A DNA stretch of 64,000 nucleotides, from the NCBI GenBank assembly GCA_023485445.1, contig JAMCZT010000033.1, positions 11,170 to 75,169 on the forward strand. The letters run 5' to 3'. The notes under the pieces are model-generated. The model was not told the origin of the DNA, did not search any database, and saw only the letters and a list, made by a program, of their open reading frames with translations. The position numbers and the translations under genes were made by a program. Source of the DNA: Patescibacteria group bacterium. Its GTDB lineage: Bacteria > Patescibacteriota > Microgenomatia > Woykebacterales > 2-01-FULL-43-14. Positions 1 to 10,740 of this stretch are shown here, piece by piece. Position 1 is the first letter of the stretch. Every line of letters begins with the position of its first letter.

Positions 1-347
1 GTATGAAGAACGGCGTGGTGTTCAATCAACGTGGTAATAATATGAGGAGCTTTACCATTAATTAGCTTCAATCCTCCGTTTACCATTCCTCTTGCTTCGG
101 CAACTCCTTTGATTGCCTGGTTAAGACTCTCAGTCGCCCCAGAGGTAAAGAGGACTTCTTTTGGCTTTGCTCCTAAAAAGTCTGCCCCTATCTTTCGAGA
201 ATTCTCAACCGCCGCTCGAGCCTCTTGACCTAGGGTGTAAAGACTAGAAGGATTACCAAACCTCTCAGTAAAGAAAGGTTGCATCGCACTTACCACCTCT
301 GCATCAGTTGGTGTTGTCGCTGCATAATCTAAATATACTTGACGCAT
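1..347 (-). CDS. Cysteine desulfurase (NifS/IscS-like class V aminotransferase). Only the N-terminal ~115 codons are present; the rest lies outside the window
   Basis: Own translation from ATG at 347: MRQVYLDYAATTPTDAEVVSAMQPFFTERFGNPSSLYTLGQEARAAVENSRK..LFTSGATESLNQAIKG. This is the typical NifS/IscS N-terminus. AGGAG lies 6 nt upstream. The ORF is absent from the track because it is truncated by the window edge. Confidence 0.8.
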   Translation of the reverse strand, partial: MRQVYLDYAATTPTDAEVVSAMQPFFTERFGNPSSLYTLGQEARAAVENSRKIGADFLGAKPKEVLFTSGATESLNQAIKGVAEARGMVNGGLKLINGKAPHIITTLIEHHAVLH

Positions 348-421
348 ATTTTTCTCCTAAAACAACCTAATTATATTCTCTAGCTGGTTCTTACGCAAGC
401 TTATAAGCGCTTAGGGGGGAT

Positions 422-1609
422 TTATAAGTTAGTTGGTTGATACTTGCTTTCTTCTACACACTTTTGAAAAACCCTTTCGTATTTTTTGATTGTTACTGAT
501 AAGTCGTGTGCTCGAGCAATTCTAATCGCTCCTTGACCAAGCTTTTCCTGAAGATCCTTATCACTTAAAACCATTAACAATTTTTCTGTTAAATCGGCTT
601 CGCTTTCAGGATCAAACAAAAAACCAGTTTCATTATTTCTTACTAGCTCTGGTAACGCCACGCTGTTTGCCCCAACTAAGGGTACTCCGTAAGTTGCGGC
701 TTCCAGGCAGACTATTCCCTGAAGTTCAGCTTTAGAGGGAAGCGCAAACACATTTGCTGCTTCGTAGTACTCCTTTAGTTTCTCTTCTGTCACGTATCCA
801 GCAAAAACAACATCCTTTTCTAAACTTAACCCTTTGACTAAATTTCTTAAAATAGTCTCTTCCGGTCCCGTTCCAACTACAACAAGAATAGATTCTAATC
901 GTTCCCTGACCTGCTGAAAGCTTCTGAGCAAGAAATCCACCCTTTTCTCAGCCGCTAAACGACCAACAAATAAGATAACTGGTAAATTTTTTAAGCCTAA
1001 CCTCTCTTTTGCTTTTTCGTAAGTATATAAACGTTTTCCAAATTTAGACAAGTCGATTCCACTCGAAATTGCTTCCATCCTTTCTCCTTTGATGTGTTTC
1101 TTGAGAACTGCCAAACCTGTTTGGGTGGGAGTAGTTAGAAAATTACAGCGTTGATAGAAAAAGCGGTTAAAAGCCCAAAGACCTTTATCAACTAAATCCT
1201 CAAAGAAATCTATGTTCCGTAAAAAACCACTCACGTTTTCGGGCAGGATATTATTCGTTCCCACAATAGGAATTTTTTCTTCTTTCGCTGCAATAAAAGC
1301 AGCAATGCCCACACCAAAAAGAGACTGAATATTTACCACTTCCGGAGATTCCTTTTTCATTATCTTTCTTACTTTTAGTATTAAGGGTGGAAAAAATCTA
1401 ATCCCTTCTCGAAAAGGTATTCCAAGGGAAGGTAAGCGGATAATTTTTAAGTTTTCTTTTTCTTCGACGGTCTCTTTTAAACTCTCCCCAATCGTTAGTA
1501 TCGTTACTTTATGTCCAGATTTAGCCAGGCCAGAACCTAAATTTTCAGCCACCGTCGAAACTCCAGAAGCAAACGGAGGATAAAGATCCGAGGCAATCAA
1601 GATCTTCAT
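422..1609 (-). CDS. Glycosyltransferase, GT4 family (GT-B fold)
   Basis: 395-aa ORF. N-terminal MKILIASDLYPP..SGV and C-terminal LPSKAELQGIVCLEAATYGVPLVG..ETGFLF (E-x7-E type motif). 4-nt overlap with the next gene. Confidence 0.85.
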   Translation of the reverse strand: MKILIASDLYPPFASGVSTVAENLGSGLAKSGHKVTILTIGESLKETVEEKENLKIIRLPSLGIPFREGIRFFPPLILKVRKIMKKESPEVVNIQSLFGVGIAAFIAAKEEKIPIVGTNNILPENVSGFLRNIDFFEDLVDKGLWAFNRFFYQRCNFLTTPTQTGLAVLKKHIKGERMEAISSGIDLSKFGKRLYTYEKAKERLGLKNLPVILFVGRLAAEKRVDFLLRSFQQVRERLESILVVVGTGPEETILRNLVKGLSLEKDVVFAGYVTEEKLKEYYEAANVFALPSKAELQGIVCLEAATYGVPLVGANSVALPELVRNNETGFLFDPESEADLTEKLLMVLSDKDLQEKLGQGAIRIARAHDLSVTIKKYERVFQKCVEESKYQPTNL

Positions 1610-2706
1610 TTTTCCTCCTTAAGTTTATTGTAAATACTAATCAGTTCGTGAACGTTTCCGTCCAAAGAAAAGTTCGTGACTACCCTTTCTCGCGCTAATT
1701 CGCCCATACTTTTTCGTTTTTCTTCATCTTTAACCAATGTTAATAGAACTTTTTTAAGATCTTCTTTCAAGTTATTAAGATCCACACTTAGTCCGGCTTG
1801 GCCAGTAACTGTCATATTACTAATGATATTTGAAGTTACAGGAACCAAACCACACGACATCGCTTCTAATAAGGATAAGGACATTCCCTCGGCCTCCGAA
1901 GGAAGAACAAAAATATCGCTCCCTTGAATAATTTCAATTTTCCGAGATTCGTCAGAAATGTAACCGGTGAAGATAATGTTTTTATCTTTTTCTCCAAGCT
2001 TCCTTAAACTGGACTCCTCTAAGCCTCCGCCAACGACAACCAACTTCACTTTCTCTGGAAGATTTAATTCTTTAAATGCTTCAACTAAAATACGGGCATT
2101 TTTTCCAGTCTCTAAACGGCCACAGTAGAGTATAATTAGTTTTGCCCCAAGGCTTTCCTTATAAGCTTGTCTTCCTGGTTTATATTTATCGGTATCTACC
2201 CCATTAAAGACGATGTGTACTTTCTCCTTTGGAACTCCATATCTTACTAAATACTTTTTCTGAGGCTCTGAAAAGATAATCACGGCATTGGCTTTGGAAA
2301 AAAACCGACTGTAAAATATGTAACCTAATCTAGTTATAATCCCCCAGAAACTGTTGCTGTCATTAAAAGGGGCGTGAAAAGTAATCACCAAAGGAATTTT
2401 TAACGTCCTACAGACGTTGACCAGAGCAAAATCGTCCGTTGAAAAAGCCAAATTAGCGTGAACTACATCGGGTTTTAAATCAAGTAAAATTTCTCTAATC
2501 CTCTTAGGACCTTTACCGATCGTAAAAAGAGGACGACGGAAATAAAATGGCAAAGTGAAAACCCCGTCCGCAAGACATTTAAAATCTTCCTTAAATCCTA
2601 CCCAATACACCTCATGACCAAAAGATTTAAGCTTTCGAACCACTTCCTGGGAATAAATAAAATCTCCGCCTATAGAATGATTTTTAGCGTACCAAAGGAT
2701 TTTCAT
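1606..2706 (-). CDS. Glycosyltransferase, GT4 family
   Basis: 366-aa ORF. GRLETGKN and LPSEAEGMSLSLLEAMSCGLVPVTS motifs. Operonic with flanking glycosyltransferase genes. Confidence 0.8.
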   Translation of the reverse strand: MKILWYAKNHSIGGDFIYSQEVVRKLKSFGHEVYWVGFKEDFKCLADGVFTLPFYFRRPLFTIGKGPKRIREILLDLKPDVVHANLAFSTDDFALVNVCRTLKIPLVITFHAPFNDSNSFWGIITRLGYIFYSRFFSKANAVIIFSEPQKKYLVRYGVPKEKVHIVFNGVDTDKYKPGRQAYKESLGAKLIILYCGRLETGKNARILVEAFKELNLPEKVKLVVVGGGLEESSLRKLGEKDKNIIFTGYISDESRKIEIIQGSDIFVLPSEAEGMSLSLLEAMSCGLVPVTSNIISNMTVTGQAGLSVDLNNLKEDLKKVLLTLVKDEEKRKSMGELARERVVTNFSLDGNVHELISIYNKLKEEK

Positions 2707-3469
2707 TTAAGTTTTCAAAGATAATTTCTTTGACCTTCTTTGTCCTCTCTTTAAGCTTGAGAAAAGTGTCCTTGAGGTGGATATCCCAACCAACGGCTTT
2801 CGTCTCATCGTAGTAACGTTTCAAACCTTTTTTAATTGGCTCGTCATGTCCGTGGTAAACTAAAGATTCTGGCTCATAAACAATTTTATAGCCCAAACCT
2901 TGAAAATGCCTCGCCCAATCATAGTCTTCACAGATGGGGACAGATTCATTGTAAGGATAGCGTTCCCACAAGTCTCGTCTAACTACCGCGGATTGTCCAG
3001 CTAAAATATGGAAACGGGAATGAATCCTCCGTTTGGAGCCAAGTAATTTCCAATAAATTGGCATCATAGTTTTTTCCAAAAGATTAACCTTTTCGGGAAG
3101 CACCCAACGACTGTAAACTCCGGCTACTGAAGAATCGTCAAAATTTTTTATTAAGTTCGCTAGCCAGTGCTCATTTACTGGTGTCACGTCTCCTGAAAGA
3201 CGAACCAAATATCGTCCAGACGACGCTCTAATCCCAGTGTTGTGTGCTAAGGCGTAACCAAACTTTTTCAGGTGGATCACCTTAACGGGAAACTTCCCCA
3301 TCAACTCTAGAGCTCCATCCTTTGAACCGTTATCGACCATAATCACCTCAAAATCCCGAAGGGTCTGGTTAAAAATCATGGGAAGAGATTTTTCCAAGAA
3401 ATGCTTTTGGTTTTTTGTAATGATAATAATCGAAACCAAAGGTTTGTTTGAATAAGTCATTTTTGACAA
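2684..3469 (-). CDS. Glycosyltransferase, GT2 family
   Basis: 261-aa ORF. VSIIIITKNQKHFLEKSLPMIFNQT..EVIMVDNGSKDG is the typical GT2 N-terminal Rossmann/DxD region. Confidence 0.85.
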   Translation of the reverse strand: MSKMTYSNKPLVSIIIITKNQKHFLEKSLPMIFNQTLRDFEVIMVDNGSKDGALELMGKFPVKVIHLKKFGYALAHNTGIRASSGRYLVRLSGDVTPVNEHWLANLIKNFDDSSVAGVYSRWVLPEKVNLLEKTMMPIYWKLLGSKRRIHSRFHILAGQSAVVRRDLWERYPYNESVPICEDYDWARHFQGLGYKIVYEPESLVYHGHDEPIKKGLKRYYDETKAVGWDIHLKDTFLKLKERTKKVKEIIFENLNENPLVR

Positions 3470-4323
3470 CTAGGACAATAAAAAGTCCCCCGTCCCCCAA
3501 GAGTGATCCTTTTAACGTTTCCAGAGCATTCTTTACAGGACTGGTTTAGCCGACCATAAACTTTCGCCGTCTCCATAAATCGCCCCTTTTCGCCAAAAGC
3601 ATTAACGTAAGTCTGGTCTGAAGCGCCCCCCGCCTTCAAACCCCGCTCTAGGACCTCCATAATGGCGCTGTATAACTTCTTTACCTCGTTGTCTGATAAA
3701 CTAACCGCGCTTCTCAAAGGGCTAATTCTTGCCTCATACAATGCCTCGTTAGCATAGATATTACCAATTCCTCCGATAAAGGACTGATCGAGTAAAAGAA
3801 CTTTGACATTTGTCCGACCTCTCTTCTTTAAACCTTCCCTAAAATATTCCAAGCTAAAACCAGGCGTAAACGGCTCGGGACCAAATTCCTGCATTACTTT
3901 CAAATTTTCTATCTCTTTTGTGGAAAATAACTTGACGTAACCAAATTTACGTAAATCGTTAAAGAAAAGGTGAGTTGCGTTATCAAAAGTAATGGTGATG
4001 TGGGTAGTTGCGTTCGGGGTAGGCTTGTTCAGAGGAGGGACAGGAGAATCCCCAATAATTTTTCCGCCTTCAATATTTTGATAGATCAACTGACCGGTTA
4101 ACTTTAAATGAATAAGGAGACTAAAACCGTTATCTAAATCGATCAATAAGATTTTAGCTCGTCGGCGGATGTCCTTGACTTGCGCTCCCACTACTGCTTT
4201 GGTTCCAACGTCACCCAACTGAAGCATCTTTGGTTCATTGGTAGCAATACTTTTAATCTTCAAGCCAACAATTTCTGAGCTTAATCCTCTACGAATTGTT
4301 TCTACTTCCGGCAACTCTGGCAT
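3457..4323 (-). CDS. mutM: Formamidopyrimidine-DNA glycosylase (Fpg/MutM)
   Basis: 288 aa. Begins MPELPEVETIRRGL (catalytic Pro2/Glu3). Has an H2TH region and a C-terminal zinc finger CKECSGNVKRITLGGRGTFYCPSCQ. Confidence 0.9.
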   Translation of the reverse strand: MPELPEVETIRRGLSSEIVGLKIKSIATNEPKMLQLGDVGTKAVVGAQVKDIRRRAKILLIDLDNGFSLLIHLKLTGQLIYQNIEGGKIIGDSPVPPLNKPTPNATTHITITFDNATHLFFNDLRKFGYVKLFSTKEIENLKVMQEFGPEPFTPGFSLEYFREGLKKRGRTNVKVLLLDQSFIGGIGNIYANEALYEARISPLRSAVSLSDNEVKKLYSAIMEVLERGLKAGGASDQTYVNAFGEKGRFMETAKVYGRLNQSCKECSGNVKRITLGGRGTFYCPSCQK

Positions 4324-4325
4324 AA

Positions 4326-5495
4326 TTATTTAAATTCTAACACTTTGCGATAAACTTCTAAATACTTCTCTGCTGTCGCCTCGAGGGAGTGCTTTTTGAC
4401 CACGATTTCCCGACTGTTCCGACTAAACTTTCTTCGAAGCTCCTCATCTTTTAATATCCTGACTATCGCCCCGGCCATTTTGGAAATGCTACCTTCAGGA
4501 AAAAGGAAACCGTTTACCCCATTCTGAATCAGTTCAGGTAGCGCTCCAGCCTTGACTCCCACTACAGGCAGTCCGGAAGACATCGCCTCAAGGGTAACAA
4601 TGCTCTGTAACTCCACTGGGGAAGAAATCGCGAAAACGGAAGCTATATTATAAATCAAGGGAAATTCCTTTTCCTCTAAAAATCCAGCAAAAGTCAGATG
4701 CGAAGAGACCCTCAATTTCCTGGCCAGTTTTTCCAAATTATCTCTTTCCGTTCCTTCCCCAGCGATCATGAAATGAGCTGGAATTTCCTTTAGGACTGAA
4801 GGCATGGCCCCAACCAAAACATCAAGTTCCTTCTCCTTATCTAGTCTTCCTGTGTAAAGAACTACCGTCTTCAAAGGCACTTTTAACCTTTCTCGAAGTT
4901 TAGTACTTTCCTGGCCTGCCCGAAAAACTTCGGTATCAATACCATTGGAAATCGCAAGTAACGGTTTGGTGATGGAATTATCCTGGTTGAGCATTCGTAT
5001 GGCAGTCGGAGTGGGTGTTGTAATAAAGTCGCAATGGTTATAAAACCAGCGGAAATATTGCCATAAAAAAACGTCCAGTGCCTTTACCGTTGGTCCCATA
5101 AACTTAAAGTTTGCGGTCACGTTTCCCGGAATAGTATGGCAGGAAGCCACAACAGGAACCCCTATCCTCCGGGCAGCTCTTAAGGTGGCTAGCCCGATGT
5201 TAAAAGGAAGATTGATGTGCACAACATCGGGGGAAAACTTTTTCACTGCCTGGTAAACAGTGGGATAGGGAAAAGGCGAGAAAAACCAAGCTTTCGTCCG
5301 AATGGGTTTGATTGATCCTTGGCGAAAAATAACAACTCCGTGGTCTTTTTCTAAAAATGACTGGTAAGTAGGGCTAGGAGCGATCACCGCTACTTCATGT
5401 CCTTTTGCCACCAACTGTTCGGTCAAACGGCTTAAAAAAACAGAAACTCCATCCACGTTTGGTTTGTAGGAATCGGTGGCGATTAGAATTCTCAT
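4326..5495 (-). CDS. Glycosyltransferase, GT4 family
   Basis: MRILIATDSYKPNVDGVSV.. and SSPVELQSIVTLEAMSSGLPVVG..NGFLF. I place the start at ATG 5495, which is preceded by AAGGAG. The track start at 5549 would overlap polA. Confidence 0.85.
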   Translation of the reverse strand: MRILIATDSYKPNVDGVSVFLSRLTEQLVAKGHEVAVIAPSPTYQSFLEKDHGVVIFRQGSIKPIRTKAWFFSPFPYPTVYQAVKKFSPDVVHINLPFNIGLATLRAARRIGVPVVASCHTIPGNVTANFKFMGPTVKALDVFLWQYFRWFYNHCDFITTPTPTAIRMLNQDNSITKPLLAISNGIDTEVFRAGQESTKLRERLKVPLKTVVLYTGRLDKEKELDVLVGAMPSVLKEIPAHFMIAGEGTERDNLEKLARKLRVSSHLTFAGFLEEKEFPLIYNIASVFAISSPVELQSIVTLEAMSSGLPVVGVKAGALPELIQNGVNGFLFPEGSISKMAGAIVRILKDEELRRKFSRNSREIVVKKHSLEATAEKYLEVYRKVLEFK

Positions 5496-5499
5496 TGTT

Positions 5500-7668
5500 T
5501 TAATTCTCCTTAAAATGGCGCTCTTCTGTTTGCGCCCAATTATTCCCAACCTTTAAATCAACAACGACGGGAACAGATAAACGGATCGCTTTTTCCATTC
5601 TCTCCTTGATCATCGACGAAACCTTATCCATTTCTTCTTTAGGAACTTCAAAAACTAACTCATCGTGTACCTGCATAATCAACCTAGTTCCCAAACCGTT
5701 ATCTAAAATATCAGCAAATATTTTCACCATCGCTTCTTTGATAATATCCGCAGCAGTCCCTTGTACTGGCATATTAGTCGCCATCCTCTCACCTTGTGAT
5801 CTGATTCGTGGGTTTGGCGACTTAAGTTCTAGTACGTATCGTCGAAAACCTGACAAAGTTTCCACGTATCCTTTTTCGTAGGCTTCTTTGAGAACTTCTG
5901 CTTGGTACAGCTTCACTCTTGAGAATCTCTGGTAGTACCTTTCAATAAATTTTGAGGCAATCTTTGGATCAATCCTTAACTCCTGTCCCAATCCAAAAGC
6001 ACTCATTCCGTAGAGAACTCCAAAATTGACTGTCTTAGCGACACGTCTTTCGTCTTTAGTAATTTCTTCAGGAGATTTATTAAATATCCAAGAAGCCGTA
6101 GTCGCATGAATATCTTTTCCTTGCTGAAAAATTTCTATAAGATTGGGGTCGCCTGAAAGATGAGCCATCACCCTCAACTCAATTTGATTGTAATCTCCAG
6201 AAAGTAATAAATGAGTAGGAGAAGCAATAAAAGCTTGTCTGATTTTGGCTCCCCACTCACCTTTAACAGGAATATTTTGGAGGTTTGGGTTCGTACAAGA
6301 AAGCCTCCCTGTTCGAGTCACATCCGCGTGCCAATCAGGATGAATCCTGTCATCTGATCGATCAACCAAGGCAGGCAAAGAATCCGTATATGTAGATTTG
6401 AGTTTGAAAAGCTCTCGATATTGGAGAATTAATTCAACTACTGGGTGAGCTCCTATCAGATTCAACAAGGTACTCACATCCGTCGAAAGATGGTTTTTAC
6501 CCTTCTTTCCTGGAGTTAAATTCAATTCAGAATAGAGGACTTCAGAAAGCTGCTTAGGAGAATTTAAATTAAACTCATGCCCTACCGATGAGTAAATTTC
6601 TTTTTCAATTTCCACGATTTTCCCGGATAATTCAGTTGAAATATTACTAAGGATTTCTGTGTCAACTAAAACCCCCACCTTTCTCATCCCCGTCAAAACT
6701 ACTTCTAAGGGGGCTTCCTTCTCAACCCCTTGATCAAAATCTAGTTTTCCCTGTCCGGTTACCACTTCCAATCCAACCTCTTTTTTCTCCTCTTGGTCAG
6801 AGTCCGGCAAACGAGAAATTAAAGTTTTGAATTCTAGTTCTTTAAAAAGTTCAACTGCTTTTTCATGGTTGTAGTCACGGAGCCGGCAGCAACTTAGGTC
6901 CAATTTGACAGGTGCATCAACATCGATGGTGGCTAATTTTTTTGATAAAGCAGCTTCTTCGGAACCCTCTTCCAACAACCGCTTAATCCTTTCAGGCACT
7001 TCTGATAAATGTCGATAAAGGTTCTCTGTAGTCCCATACTTTTGAAGCAGTTTTACCGCGCTCACTTCCCCGACCCCTTTTACCCCTGGAATATTATCAG
7101 ATTGGTCGCCCGCCAAAGATTTAAAGTCAATCAGTTGTTTCGGCCTTAAACCATACTTCTCCTCAACTTTTTTCTCATCAAAAATAATTACATCTGAAAA
7201 AGACTTGCCTGGAGTGTAAACGTTTACTTGTGGCTGCACTAACTGAAGGGTATCCCGATCCCCTGTCACGATAAAAATTTCCAAATCTTGAATTCCATTT
7301 TCCGTTCCCTGCTTAACTAAAGCCCCGATCACATCATCGGCTTCATAACCATCCAGTTCAAAAATAGGAATATTTAAAGTTGACACTATTTCTTTCACTC
7401 GCTCTAGTTGATCGTAAAGTTCGTCTGGTGCTTTAGTCCGATGGGCTTTATACGCAGTGTACTGGGTGTGGCGAAAAGTAGGTGCAGCCCGATCAAACGC
7501 TACAGCCACGTACTCAGGCTTAAGGCCATTTAAAACCCGCAGCAACATCATGGTAAAACCGTATGCGGCATTTACTAATTCACCTTTAGAGGTACTTAAA
7601 GGAGGGAGAGCATGAAAAGCTCGGTGCAGTAGGGCGTGTCCGTCAACTAAGACAAATTTGCTGTCCAT
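5500..7668 (-). CDS. polA: DNA polymerase I: 5'-nuclease plus polymerase domains, with the 3'-5' exonuclease domain absent
   Basis: 722 aa. N-terminal 5'-3' exonuclease (LVDGHALLHRAFHA, GDRDTLQLV, H3TH). Polymerase motifs FNLNSPKQL, DYNQIELRVMAHLS, RRVAKTVNFGVLYG, QVHDELVFE. Only ~40 aa link the two parts. Confidence 0.9.
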   Translation of the reverse strand: MDSKFVLVDGHALLHRAFHALPPLSTSKGELVNAAYGFTMMLLRVLNGLKPEYVAVAFDRAAPTFRHTQYTAYKAHRTKAPDELYDQLERVKEIVSTLNIPIFELDGYEADDVIGALVKQGTENGIQDLEIFIVTGDRDTLQLVQPQVNVYTPGKSFSDVIIFDEKKVEEKYGLRPKQLIDFKSLAGDQSDNIPGVKGVGEVSAVKLLQKYGTTENLYRHLSEVPERIKRLLEEGSEEAALSKKLATIDVDAPVKLDLSCCRLRDYNHEKAVELFKELEFKTLISRLPDSDQEEKKEVGLEVVTGQGKLDFDQGVEKEAPLEVVLTGMRKVGVLVDTEILSNISTELSGKIVEIEKEIYSSVGHEFNLNSPKQLSEVLYSELNLTPGKKGKNHLSTDVSTLLNLIGAHPVVELILQYRELFKLKSTYTDSLPALVDRSDDRIHPDWHADVTRTGRLSCTNPNLQNIPVKGEWGAKIRQAFIASPTHLLLSGDYNQIELRVMAHLSGDPNLIEIFQQGKDIHATTASWIFNKSPEEITKDERRVAKTVNFGVLYGMSAFGLGQELRIDPKIASKFIERYYQRFSRVKLYQAEVLKEAYEKGYVETLSGFRRYVLELKSPNPRIRSQGERMATNMPVQGTAADIIKEAMVKIFADILDNGLGTRLIMQVHDELVFEVPKEEMDKVSSMIKERMEKAIRLSVPVVVDLKVGNNWAQTEERHFKEN

Positions 7669-7706
7669 GATTTATATTTTACTTCAAACAGATTTTGGAA
7701 ACAAGG

Positions 7707-9563
7707 TTAGTGAGCTTTATTCATTGTGGAAGGGTTTAAGAGTAACTCAAAATCAGGACCCTCAAGAGTTTCTTTTTTCATTAGCTCAGTAGCTACCAAA
7801 TCAAGCTTGTCTTTGTTTTCTCGAAGGATCTTTTTTGCCCGTTCAAAACAATCGTCGATAATCTTTTTAACCTGATTATCCACCTTTGCTGCTAACTCCT
7901 CAGAGTAACCCTTAGCCTCTCCCAGTTCTCTCGCGACCCAAGGTGCGTCTTCTCTAAACCCAATCGCAATCGGCCCGATTTCACTCATGCCATAATCCGT
8001 TACCATCTTTCGGGCGATCTGGGTCGCCTTTTCAATATCTGAAGAAGCTCCCACGGTAAACTCTTTAAATTCTAGTTCTTCCGCCGCCCGACCGCCTAAG
8101 AGAGAAGCAACCATCTCTTCCAAACGAGTCTTAGTCTCATTATAGCGATCAACAGCAGGTGGAATCATGGTGAAACCCAAAGCCATCCCCCGAGCAACAA
8201 TCGAAACTCGATGAACTGGATCCATGTGAGGAAGCAATTTAGTTACCAAAGCGTGTCCCGCTTCATGGTAAGCCGTTAATTTCCGATCTTCTTCTGACTG
8301 CAATCGTTTCTTTTCTGGTCCCAACTTCACTTTCAACGCGGCCTCTTCCAAATCCTTACTGTCTATTGCTTTCTTCTCTAGTCGAGCGGCGAGAATGGCC
8401 GCTTCATTAAGCATGTTTTCAAGGTCTGCCCCTGAAAAGCCAACCGTCCGACGTGATAAACGGTCAATGTCGACATCAGAAGCTAAAGGCTTGTTTCGGG
8501 CATGAATTTTAATGATTGCCTTACGTCCTTCAATATCAGGTAGATCGATGGAAATGCGTCGATCAAATCGACCCGGTCGAACTAAAGCAGGATCTAGCAT
8601 GTCAGGACGGTTAGTCGCCGCCATAACAATTACGTTTGCAGTGGGTTCAAAACCATCCATTTCGACCAAAATCTGGTTTAAGGTCTGCTCGCGCTCGTCG
8701 TGTCCTCCGCCTAACCCTAGTCCGCGCTGACGACCAATACTATCAATTTCGTCAATGAAAATTATTGCTGGAGCGGATTTTTTTGCAGTATCGAACAAGT
8801 CTCTTACTCTACTCGCTCCAACCCCTACGAGCATCTCCATAAACTCTGATCCAGCGATGGAAAAAAAAGTTACCCCCGCTTCCCCGGCCACAGCCCGAGC
8901 TAGAAGAGTTTTTCCCACACCTGCGGGGCCAACTAAAAGCACTCCTTTTGGAATTTTCGCTCCCAAGGCACGGAATTTATCAGGTGTCTTTAGGAATGCT
9001 ACCACTTCTTCCAACTCCTGCTTCGCCTCATCCACACCAGCAACATCAGAAAATTTAATCTGGGTAAGATTGCGAGAAAATGGTTTCGCCTTAGATTTGG
9101 TAAAGGAAAAAAGGGAATCTCCTGCCACGCGGGCTTGACGGATTAAAAAGTAAAAAATTAAAACCATCACAATAATAGGAAGAAAAAGATTTAGCAGACC
9201 TAGCCACGCTTCTCCGGCGGAATTGTCCTTAATCGTTAAGGGAATATCTTTAGGATTAATTCCTGATGCCTCAAGTGTCTTGACAAAACTTTCGTCTTTT
9301 TCCTTCCGAGTAGTAAGGGATGAGCCATCCTTTAAATCTAGCTTGACCGTGTCTCCGTCAACCGTAACACTTTTTTCTTGTCCACTCTTAATTATTGTCA
9401 AAGCTTCTGATAAAGACTTCTCATTATCCTTCTTTTCAGGATTAAAGAGACCAAAAAAGAGAATAGCCCCAACACCCACAAGCAGAGCATAAAAAATAAA
9501 GCTTCTCAACCACTCAAAAGGTTTTAATTTTTTCTTTTTATTTAAAGCCATTTCTAACCTCAA
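7707..9563 (-). CDS. ftsH: ATP-dependent zinc metalloprotease FtsH
   Basis: 618 aa. Two N-terminal TM segments, Walker A GPAGVGKT, Walker [13 protein letters not shown] region, HEAGHA zinc site. Confidence 0.95.
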   Translation of the reverse strand: MRLEMALNKKKKLKPFEWLRSFIFYALLVGVGAILFFGLFNPEKKDNEKSLSEALTIIKSGQEKSVTVDGDTVKLDLKDGSSLTTRKEKDESFVKTLEASGINPKDIPLTIKDNSAGEAWLGLLNLFLPIIVMVLIFYFLIRQARVAGDSLFSFTKSKAKPFSRNLTQIKFSDVAGVDEAKQELEEVVAFLKTPDKFRALGAKIPKGVLLVGPAGVGKTLLARAVAGEAGVTFFSIAGSEFMEMLVGVGASRVRDLFDTAKKSAPAIIFIDEIDSIGRQRGLGLGGGHDEREQTLNQILVEMDGFEPTANVIVMAATNRPDMLDPALVRPGRFDRRISIDLPDIEGRKAIIKIHARNKPLASDVDIDRLSRRTVGFSGADLENMLNEAAILAARLEKKAIDSKDLEEAALKVKLGPEKKRLQSEEDRKLTAYHEAGHALVTKLLPHMDPVHRVSIVARGMALGFTMIPPAVDRYNETKTRLEEMVASLLGGRAAEELEFKEFTVGASSDIEKATQIARKMVTDYGMSEIGPIAIGFREDAPWVARELGEAKGYSEELAAKVDNQVKKIIDDCFERAKKILRENKDKLDLVATELMKKETLEGPDFELLLNPSTMNKAH

Positions 9564-9624
9564 AAATAAAACAATTCAAAAGGGATTATATCAAAGGCCG
9601 AAGATAGAAGTAAAGCAAGGAGGC

Positions 9625-10620
9625 TTAATCAAAATATTTTAGTCCCATGGCTTTCTTAACCAAATCCAAAGTTTCTTTTCCCTCGGCCTGTATCCTTTCG
9701 GATCCCTCTAAAATAATTTTTTCAATCAATTCCGGCCTTCCCTCGTATTCTTTTCTTTTGGCCCTAATAGGTTCTAAAAAGCCATTCAAAGCCTTTGCTA
9801 ACTTTTCTTTTACTTCTACATCCCCCACTCTGCCTTCCCGGTAACGCTTTTCCAAATCCGCTACCTCTTCTTTGTCCTTATTGAAGGCTTCGTGATAAAT
9901 AAAAACAGGATTGCCCTCTACATGGCCAGGATCTGTCGGGCGGAGACGGGTCGGGTCAGTGTACATCCTCATCACTTTCTCCAGAACAGATTCAGAATCG
10001 TCGCTTAAATAAATAGCATTTTCCAGGCTTTTGCTCATTTTAGCTTTACCATCAATTCCTGGCAGAGTCGGAACCTCACCAATTAAGACTTCCGGTAAGG
10101 GAAAAACTTCTCCATAAAGGCTATTAAACCTTTGCGCGATTTCCCTGGTTACTTCAATGTGCGATGCCTGGTCCTTACCTACTGGAACGAGGTTTGCGCG
10201 AACGATCAAAATATCAGCCGCCTGCAAAACCGGATAGCTTAAAAGACCTAAAGAGGCTGTTTCGATCTTTAAATCTCGCATTACATCTTTCAATGTCGGG
10301 ACTCTTTGTAGCCGTGGCACAGTTGTTAACATGGTAAAAAGGGTGAAAAGCGATGGTATCTGGGGAATTAAAGATTGAACAAAGATATTACTTTTCTGAG
10401 GATCGATACCCACACTTAAATAGTCAAGCACAAGGTCATTAATATTTTGCTTAACAGTTTTTAAATCTTGGTACTTCGTAGTGAGCATATGCAGATCTGC
10501 AATGATAAAGAAACAGTCATATTCGTTCTGCAAAGCAACTCGATTTTTCAGTGTCCCGACATAATGACCAAGGTGCAATTTTCCCGTCGGTCTGTCACCC
10601 GTTAAAATTCTTTTTTTCAT
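9625..10620 (-). CDS. trpS: Tryptophan--tRNA ligase
   Basis: 331 aa. GDRPTGKLHLGHYVG (HIGH) and KMSKS motifs, with class Ic TrpRS length and layout. AAGGAG lies 6 nt upstream of the ATG. Confidence 0.9.
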   Translation of the reverse strand: MKKRILTGDRPTGKLHLGHYVGTLKNRVALQNEYDCFFIIADLHMLTTKYQDLKTVKQNINDLVLDYLSVGIDPQKSNIFVQSLIPQIPSLFTLFTMLTTVPRLQRVPTLKDVMRDLKIETASLGLLSYPVLQAADILIVRANLVPVGKDQASHIEVTREIAQRFNSLYGEVFPLPEVLIGEVPTLPGIDGKAKMSKSLENAIYLSDDSESVLEKVMRMYTDPTRLRPTDPGHVEGNPVFIYHEAFNKDKEEVADLEKRYREGRVGDVEVKEKLAKALNGFLEPIRAKRKEYEGRPELIEKIILEGSERIQAEGKETLDLVKKAMGLKYFD

Positions 10621-10740
10621 AAATTACTCCTTTAAAACTTACCTAAAGTATACTCTAAATTTAAGATTTGGTGCAGGGATAAATTTCAAATTTACCCCTG
10701 CCACTGGTCTCACCTTAATTTTCGCTCCTTCCTCCACAGT

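Noticed and set aside
8512-9492. Three plus-strand ORFs (72, 127 and 89 aa) inside ftsH
   Set aside because: Antisense shadows of a highly conserved gene, with no Shine-Dalgarno sequence and no domain-like sequence.
10706-10722. 12-nt match tcaccttaattt shared with 32192-32203
   Set aside because: At this length, hundreds of chance matches are expected in a 64-kb AT-rich window. Not significant.
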